From Verrucomicrobia bacterium UBA3869 (GTDB lineage: Bacteria; Verrucomicrobiota; Verrucomicrobiia; Opitutales; UBA9783), in assembly GCA_002392285.1 (NCBI GenBank), contig DGGR01000041.1, positions 31,227 through 63,226 on the forward strand: a stretch of 32,000 bases of DNA. The letters run 5' to 3'. Positions 26,460 through 32,000 of this stretch are shown piece after piece. A program made the position numbers and the translations under genes. Under the pieces are notes generated by a model, which was given only the letters and a program-made list of their open reading frames with translations, did not search any database and was not told where the DNA came from. Within the stretch, counting starts at the first letter, position 1. Each line of letters starts with the position of its first letter.

Positions 26460-27632
26460 TTACAGTGCGTCCGAAGGGTTGTCGTTTCGGGTGTCTAATT
26501 TGAAAAACGAAGGGTTCAGCAGTGGGAATTTGAGGTATAAAATTGATCCTGTATGTTCTTTGCTTTCAATCTCTACCCATCCGTTGTGTTCTTGCATGAT
26601 GCGACGGATGATGAGCATTCCAATTCCATGTCCATTCGGCTTATGCGATTCAGGCGTATGAGAGAGCATTTGGGTTGTTTGAGCGCCCGAAATGCCACAG
26701 CCGGAATCCGCAAAGGCTAATGTTAGGTAACGTCCGTCTTGTTGCCCCGTAATACGAATCCAACCGTTGCTGCCGATTGCCTCAATGGAGTTTTTTAGGA
26801 CGTTAAAAAACACCTGCTGTAAACGCGGTTTGTCGAGCTCAATGGACGGCAAGGCCTTAGGCATGTTCAGCTCAACGCTAATATTGAGGTCGTCTAGTTG
26901 AGGTTTGAGTACCGCCAACACGGCATTGAGAATGGATGTAACCAACCCCTCTTGCAGTTGAACGGCCTGAGGGCGTACCGCTTGTAAGAAATGCTGAATG
27001 ATTTCGTTAAGGCGTTGAATTTCATCTAAACATACCTGAATCGATTTGCGAGCTGATGGCGATGGCTTGTTGGTTTGCAACGAGCGTTTCAGAAGCTGAA
27101 GATGAATGTGGATGGAATTTAATGGATTGCCCAATTCATGCGCTACCTCAGAAGCTAATTGTGTGATGGTATCAAAACGCTCCTGCAAGCGTTGCTCTTC
27201 CGATGCCTGATGCTCCTGAGTGATATCCCGAAGCACGATGATAAATTGGTGGCGAGTGGGGTTTGCTTGAAAATATTGCATGTGAAGCCGCACCCAACGC
27301 TTTTCCGGATAGGTTAATTCGGTTTCTTTTGCAATTACATCAGGAACGATGGATTTTGGCTTGGTAAACAATGGCTTTAGCAGCGGAATCCAATGCCATA
27401 AGGGGGTTGCTTTGTGGTAGTCCTTTGGCAACCCCAATAAGCGTTGAGCTGCCAGGTTGTAAAATTCGATATCTCCCGAGGTGTTGGTGAGCACAATGGC
27501 TTCCTGGAGTAAGTTAAAGATAGAAGCCAGTAAATCATGCTCTTGATCTAGGTACTGTAGGTTTTGATCCAACTCTTTCCCGTGTAACGAAGGAATTCTT
27601 TGGTAAACCTTATGGTACGTGCCGTTTTTCAT
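26460..27632 (-). CDS. soluble PAS-domain sensor histidine kinase (no TM segment; no response regulator in the window)
   Basis: 390 aa with a PAS-like N-terminal half, an H-box (SEVAHELGNPLNSI), an N-box (FFNVLKNSIEA), a G1 motif (DSGCGI) and a G2 motif (GHGIGM). Its ATG directly follows the gpmA stop (TAAATG). Confidence 0.85.
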   Translation of the reverse strand: MKNGTYHKVYQRIPSLHGKELDQNLQYLDQEHDLLASIFNLLQEAIVLTNTSGDIEFYNLAAQRLLGLPKDYHKATPLWHWIPLLKPLFTKPKSIVPDVIAKETELTYPEKRWVRLHMQYFQANPTRHQFIIVLRDITQEHQASEEQRLQERFDTITQLASEVAHELGNPLNSIHIHLQLLKRSLQTNKPSPSARKSIQVCLDEIQRLNEIIQHFLQAVRPQAVQLQEGLVTSILNAVLAVLKPQLDDLNISVELNMPKALPSIELDKPRLQQVFFNVLKNSIEAIGSNGWIRITGQQDGRYLTLAFADSGCGISGAQTTQMLSHTPESHKPNGHGIGMLIIRRIMQEHNGWVEIESKEHTGSILYLKFPLLNPSFFKLDTRNDNPSDAL

Positions 27633-28400
27633 TTAAGAGCGTTGAGGTGTATCCTTGGACGCTGCGCCTTGGTTAGCAACCGCTTGCTGTGCTTTTTCTA
27701 CCGCTGCGGCATCGCCCAAATAGTAATGACGTATGGGGGTCAGATTGTCCTCTAGCTCATAAACCAATGGAATGCCGGTAGGAATATTCAATTGCGCAAT
27801 GGCATCGTTGGATAAATGGTCTAAGTGCTGTACTAACGCTCTGAGAGAGTTACCATGGGCCGTTATAATGATGCGCTGACCCGATTGAATAGCGGGAGCT
27901 AAAGTGGCATTCCAGTAAGGCAATAATCGGTCGAGCGTATCTTTTAAACATTCTCCCGTGGGAATTTCTGCGTTTGGAACACCGGCATAACGTGGGTCAG
28001 AACCGGGATATCGAGGATCCGAGGGTTCCAACTTAGGCGGTTGTACATCATAGCTCCGGCGCCACAAATGTACTTGTTCGGCTCCATAACGGTCGGCCGT
28101 TTCGGTTTTGTTCAGTCCCTGCAACGCCCCGTAATGGCGTTCGTTGAGCCGCCAACAGCGTTCAACCGGAATCCACATTAGGTCGAGGTCATCTAAAACA
28201 ATCCATAGGGTACGGATGGCGCGTTTTAAAACAGAGGTATAGGCACGATCGAACGAAAATTTCGCTTCTTTTAACAACTGAGCTGCTTGATGCGCTTCCT
28301 GTATGCCTTTGGGAGAAAGATCAATGTCGGTCCATCCGGTAAAACGGTTTTCTGTATTCCAAAGACTTTCTCCGTGTCGTAACAAAACCAATTGTTTCAT
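27633..28400 (-). CDS. gpmA: 2,3-bisphosphoglycerate-dependent phosphoglycerate mutase
   Basis: 255 aa with [12 protein letters not shown] (the catalytic RHGE motif), RLNERHYG and a second histidine motif in ITAHGNSLR. Confidence 0.95.
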   Translation of the reverse strand: MKQLVLLRHGESLWNTENRFTGWTDIDLSPKGIQEAHQAAQLLKEAKFSFDRAYTSVLKRAIRTLWIVLDDLDLMWIPVERCWRLNERHYGALQGLNKTETADRYGAEQVHLWRRSYDVQPPKLEPSDPRYPGSDPRYAGVPNAEIPTGECLKDTLDRLLPYWNATLAPAIQSGQRIIITAHGNSLRALVQHLDHLSNDAIAQLNIPTGIPLVYELEDNLTPIRHYYLGDAAAVEKAQQAVANQGAASKDTPQRS

Positions 28401-28464
28401 GATTCTAGCCTAGCACAATTTGTTATGAGACAAAAGGGTTAAAACATTAGGCTTCGTGAGAACT

Positions 28465-29352
28465 TTATAGCTTTTCGTTTAACGACAGGGTTGCTTGGGT
28501 GTCGGCGTAAGGTAAATGGCAGGCTTTTTCAAAACAATTAGACCAAAAAGCCTTAAAATCCTCAGCTGAAATTTCTTCTGGGCAATAATTTTCAGCGCCG
28601 ACGTATTCAATACCAAGCAGTTGGGCTTGTGGAAAATCCTGTTTGAGCGCATCATACGCATCGGTTAAATTTTGCGCGCGGTCATCCACAAAAATGATAC
28701 ATTTAGGGTGCAATTGTAGCTTCTTCAAGAATGCACACAGCACCGTGCCTTTGTTAGTTGTACCTTTTTCGCTGTTGGAAAATAAAATCCCTTTGTAGAA
28801 CGTTGGATAATTGCCACGGTACATCGGTAAGTTGTTAAAAACCAGATAGGATTCCGCGAACGAATCATCGAATGATAGGTTTTTTTCTTTCAGCGATTGA
28901 TACCGTAGGTCTTCAACAGATCGACCTTCAAAATCTCCTGTTAGCGTGGCGGTTAGAGCAATTACCTTAATCCCCCTTGAACGAACGACCTGCAACAAGG
29001 GATAAATTCCTTCATCCACCAATCGTTGTGGAAGCAGGAAATTGTATAAAAAGGGAAGCGAAGTGTCCATGGTTGGATAACGCCGTTGGATATCGTGATA
29101 AATCGCTAAATGCTTACGTACGTTTGGGGCATAAGCCGCAGGATGTTTCGGTTGCAATAGGGTCATGTCGATATCGAAAATGCATAAGATATCGTTGGGG
29201 GCATAAAGCTTAAGCGACGGCTGAATGTAGGCCGTTACTTCCTCCATGCTTTTTAATGTCGTGCTAACTCCCCGTTGATTGACCATGGTGCTTAAGATCC
29301 AAATTGCAGAGAATGTAAAAGCAATTTGTAGTATCTTTTTACAATCGTTCAT
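28465..29352 (-). CDS. membrane-anchored or exported HAD-superfamily hydrolase-like protein
   Basis: I trimmed the start to the ATG at 29350-29352 (MNDCKKILQIAFTFSAIWILSTMV, a hydrophobic anchor). HAD motif I is present (IFDIDMTLL), with motif II-like VIALTA, a motif III Lys (NKGT) and motif IV (IFVDDRAQN). Confidence 0.65.
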   Translation of the reverse strand: MNDCKKILQIAFTFSAIWILSTMVNQRGVSTTLKSMEEVTAYIQPSLKLYAPNDILCIFDIDMTLLQPKHPAAYAPNVRKHLAIYHDIQRRYPTMDTSLPFLYNFLLPQRLVDEGIYPLLQVVRSRGIKVIALTATLTGDFEGRSVEDLRYQSLKEKNLSFDDSFAESYLVFNNLPMYRGNYPTFYKGILFSNSEKGTTNKGTVLCAFLKKLQLHPKCIIFVDDRAQNLTDAYDALKQDFPQAQLLGIEYVGAENYCPEEISAEDFKAFWSNCFEKACHLPYADTQATLSLNEKL

Positions 29353-29380
29353 GTCGAGCGGCAAGCATAAACCTGGTTAA

Positions 29381-30493
29381 TTAATGTTGAATGATCCGTT
29401 TTAATAATGGAATAGCAATCAACCATAGAGCGATCGGTGGCATCCATACTAACCAATCAGGGCGCCATTGCGGAGCTGCTTCCAACCACGAAATTGCCAT
29501 GATAAGGGTATAAAACCCCATGGCCAGTCCAATCGCTAGTACCAGGTTAATGGATGTTTCGGTTCGGCTAAAACGAATACTGAGAGGAATGGCAATCAGA
29601 ATCATGGCTAGAATTCCGAAGCCAAAAACAGCATTTCTTTGGATTTCAAGCCGAGCCAATACCTTTTCTTTCGGTGAGTGCGCTCGGGCAAATTCACCGC
29701 GCAATTCGGTTAAGGTCATGTGCCCTAAGCGCTTTCTAAAGAATAGATTGCCCAATAGATGTGATAACGGGAGCGCTATTTCTGTGCTCGTGAAGGCAAT
29801 TGGTTGCGTATGAATCGTGTCGCCCGATTGCATTAAATATTTTTCGCCAGAACCGTTGAGCAAGGTGAACAGCAAGCGATTACGTTTGTTATCGTAGCGC
29901 AACAATCCTTTTTTAGCGTGTAGTGCCATATTGACACCCGAGGATTGACTTCCATCCAATTCCCACAGCCAGCAGTTTTCTACCCAATCCCGATGCTTTT
30001 GCTCAATAAAAAACATATAGCCAGGGAAATCTTTTACAAACGTACCGGTTTGAATAAACTGAAGCGGTTTTTGGCGAATCAGGTTGGTTAATGCGGTTCG
30101 GTAATAAACAATGGAATGAGGCCCCCAATGAAAGTTTACAAACAAGGTAAACAAGGTGCCTAAGGAGGCCAACAATAGAAACGGGGCAATAATCGTATAC
30201 GGACTAATACCGGATGCCTTCATGGCCAGCAGTTCGTTGTGGGATGAAAGCCTTCCGAGCACCAACAGCGTAGCGGTTAGCACCCCCAGCGGCAGGGAAT
30301 AAGCAACCATAGAGGGGATTAAATGCCACAGGATGTCAATGAAGAACGGCAGTTGAATTTTGCCGCTCGCTAGCATGGGCAGCACTTCTTTTACGGCATT
30401 CCCTATGATTAAAATGAACACAAATAGGCAAACCGTACTGGCGCAGGCCACCAAAAACTGCCGCATCAAATAGCGTTGGAGGGTATTAAACAT
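29381..30493 (-). CDS. LPS export ABC transporter permease, LptF/LptG (YjgP/YjgQ) family
   Basis: 370 aa. The N-terminus LQRYLMRQFL, three TM helices, a periplasmic beta-jellyroll-sized insert and three further TM helices form the typical LptF/G architecture. I cannot tell LptF from LptG. Confidence 0.8.
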   Translation of the reverse strand: MFNTLQRYLMRQFLVACASTVCLFVFILIIGNAVKEVLPMLASGKIQLPFFIDILWHLIPSMVAYSLPLGVLTATLLVLGRLSSHNELLAMKASGISPYTIIAPFLLLASLGTLFTLFVNFHWGPHSIVYYRTALTNLIRQKPLQFIQTGTFVKDFPGYMFFIEQKHRDWVENCWLWELDGSQSSGVNMALHAKKGLLRYDNKRNRLLFTLLNGSGEKYLMQSGDTIHTQPIAFTSTEIALPLSHLLGNLFFRKRLGHMTLTELRGEFARAHSPKEKVLARLEIQRNAVFGFGILAMILIAIPLSIRFSRTETSINLVLAIGLAMGFYTLIMAISWLEAAPQWRPDWLVWMPPIALWLIAIPLLKRIIQH

Positions 30494-30513
30494 AACGTAC
30501 GATTGGAGCTATT

Positions 30514-31935
30514 TTAATGTTGTTGGCGTACATACCGATCAACTTTATCGGCAGTGATGACCCCATAATTAATGGTCCCTAGCCATCCTGACATAATGAT
30601 TCCTACCGACCCAGCATGGTACAACCCATGAACATAATTGGAAAGATTCATGGATATTTTGAGTCCCTCAAATTTGGTTCCAAACGAAGCCCCTTCTAGA
30701 TGTTTGGTATAACGGTTAAAGGTGCGCGGGGTAGCGCATTCGATCCAACCGATTTTTTGTTCCACATGAGGGATGAAGGCCGATAAAGCTTCCAGGGTAT
30801 CTTGCTTTAAACGTTCTTTTTCACTTTGGTATTCCGCTGGTGTGAGCGATGCCCAATCCTGCCATAAGGCATTAGACGAGGCTACAATGGTGTAACGCGG
30901 TGTGGTCGAATCAGGACGAGTCCCGGGATAATAGACCGAAAATGTACGACTTTTGGTATGTTTTGCCTTAAGTTCCGTACTAGAAAAAAGGGGCGCGCTG
31001 GAGGTGAAGATTAAATCCCCAATGTTCGGAATGTTTTCCGATTCTTTAATGCCTATATATACCTGACATGAACTGTTATTGAGGCGTACCTTTTCTGTTT
31101 CTTTCCGAAAATCATCCGGCACTATATCGGGGTTAATCAGTTGAAGTACAGTAGTCTTGAGATTGGCGTTCGATAAAACCGCCTTGCATTCGATGGTGTG
31201 ATCATTTACCTGAACCCCTGTAACGGTTGGAACGCCCTGCTTGTCTTGGGTATAAATCGCCTGAACGGTCGCATGGGGCATTATGGTAACGCCATTGGCG
31301 CGCAATTCATCAGTCATCATTTGAATCAAGCGATCGGTCCCTCCTTTAAAGGTATACACTCCCTGGCTCATGAAATTGGAAAAAACAATCCCATAGGTAA
31401 TGGCCGGATCATCGAGTGTGGAACCATTGGCGTAGGTAATCGGTTCCATCAGCAAGCGATGAACATCTGGACGGTTAGGAAAGAAGGCTTCAAACAGTTC
31501 GCCTGTAGTACGGGTGTCTGCATCGTAAAAATTCATGGCCCGTAGGTGGTTGAAGAACCGTTCAACCGTTTCTGCTGGAATGTGAAAGGTATGAATCAAT
31601 TGATGAGTAAAGTCGACACGATCAAATGGCGTTTCAATTTGAAACTGAGGATTAACAAACCGAATGCGTTTTAAGGGAACAATTGCATCAGCAATGGCGG
31701 AATTCCAATAACGCCGACACGATTTAATCATTCCTACTGGAAATCCATGCAGCGATACATCAAAGGTATATCCACCGGGGCGTTTAAAGTAAGCCGCTAA
31801 TCCTCCTAATTGGGTGTGTTGCTCCAACAATAAAACAGAATGACCACATTTTGCTAGTCGATTGGCTGCCGTTAACCCTGCTAGACCACTGCCAATCACG
31901 CAAACATCATATTGTTTAGAAAAGCTTGACATCAT
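30514..31935 (-). CDS. FAD/NAD(P)-binding oxidoreductase, phytoene-desaturase (CrtI)-like family
   Basis: 473 aa with an N-terminal Rossmann dinucleotide motif (DVCVIGSGLAGLTAANRLAKCGHSVLLLEQHTQLGG). The length and the C-terminal GSVGIIMSG-type region fit CrtI-like amine-oxidase-fold enzymes. The substrate is unknown. Confidence 0.7.
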   Translation of the reverse strand: MMSSFSKQYDVCVIGSGLAGLTAANRLAKCGHSVLLLEQHTQLGGLAAYFKRPGGYTFDVSLHGFPVGMIKSCRRYWNSAIADAIVPLKRIRFVNPQFQIETPFDRVDFTHQLIHTFHIPAETVERFFNHLRAMNFYDADTRTTGELFEAFFPNRPDVHRLLMEPITYANGSTLDDPAITYGIVFSNFMSQGVYTFKGGTDRLIQMMTDELRANGVTIMPHATVQAIYTQDKQGVPTVTGVQVNDHTIECKAVLSNANLKTTVLQLINPDIVPDDFRKETEKVRLNNSSCQVYIGIKESENIPNIGDLIFTSSAPLFSSTELKAKHTKSRTFSVYYPGTRPDSTTPRYTIVASSNALWQDWASLTPAEYQSEKERLKQDTLEALSAFIPHVEQKIGWIECATPRTFNRYTKHLEGASFGTKFEGLKISMNLSNYVHGLYHAGSVGIIMSGWLGTINYGVITADKVDRYVRQQH

Positions 31936-31948
31936 TTAACATACCATC

Positions 31949-31965
31949 TTATGGTTAAACCATAA
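31949..31965. promoter_or_regulatory. perfect 8-1-8 palindrome TTATGGTT-A-AACCATAA upstream of the oxidoreductase gene (candidate operator)
   Basis: Read directly from the sequence. It lies 13 nt upstream of the ATG at 31933-31935. A third ACCAT half-site at 31943-31947 forms a second, overlapping palindrome (ACCAT-CTT-ATGGT). Confidence 0.3.
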
Positions 31966-32000
31966 AAATAAAATCCTTTTCTCTAAAAGATTTTTAAAAA

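Noticed and set aside
1-32000. A search for mobile elements, prophage, toxin-antitoxin, restriction-modification or other defence islands, and for tRNA or rRNA genes.
   Set aside because: I found no integrase, transposase, terminal inverted repeats, tRNA-like structures or defence-type domains. Composition and gene packing look uniform, which fits core chromosome.

Overview
This is a gene-dense chromosomal segment from a bacterium with an outer membrane (lpxA, an LptF/G permease, a BamD-like lipoprotein and TolQ/TolR-like genes are present). GC content looks moderate. I cannot assign a lineage from the sequence alone. I support about 31 protein-coding genes and find no rRNA, tRNA, CRISPR array, transposase, integrase or recognisable defence gene.

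Layout:
- 66-6523 (minus strand): one tightly packed array, rpmF-plsX-fabH, a TPR lipoprotein, a TolQ-like and a TolR-like gene, a 164-aa orphan, prfB and acpS.
- 6605-12229 (minus strand): nhaC, trmB, mnmG and mnmE.
- 12511-17171 (plus strand): a folE-folB fusion, rodA, rng and lpxA.
- 17168-31935 (minus strand): murJ, the Bat/MoxR-VWA cluster (batE, batD, batC, batB, batA, DUF4381, DUF58, moxR), a soluble PAS histidine kinase, gpmA, a membrane-anchored HAD-like protein, an LptF/G permease and a CrtI-like flavoprotein.

Most of the window is housekeeping, and I do not see an unmistakably new system. The items most worth a second look are:
1. The translationally coupled MoxR-DUF58-DUF4381-BatABCDE array runs without a gap into murJ. 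The family is known but its mechanism is unresolved.
2. A TolQ/TolR-like pair sits inside the rpmF-plsX-fabH operon, and its TolR/ExbD homolog has Asn where the essential transmembrane Asp is expected.
3. GTP cyclohydrolase I is fused to a dihydroneopterin-aldolase-like T-fold domain.
4. A perfect 14-bp tandem repeat (4.3 copies) abuts the trmB start codon.
5. DnaA-box-like motifs and an AT-rich tract lie in the divergent mnmE/folE intergenic region.

All family assignments come from reading motifs by eye in the supplied translations. No database search was run.
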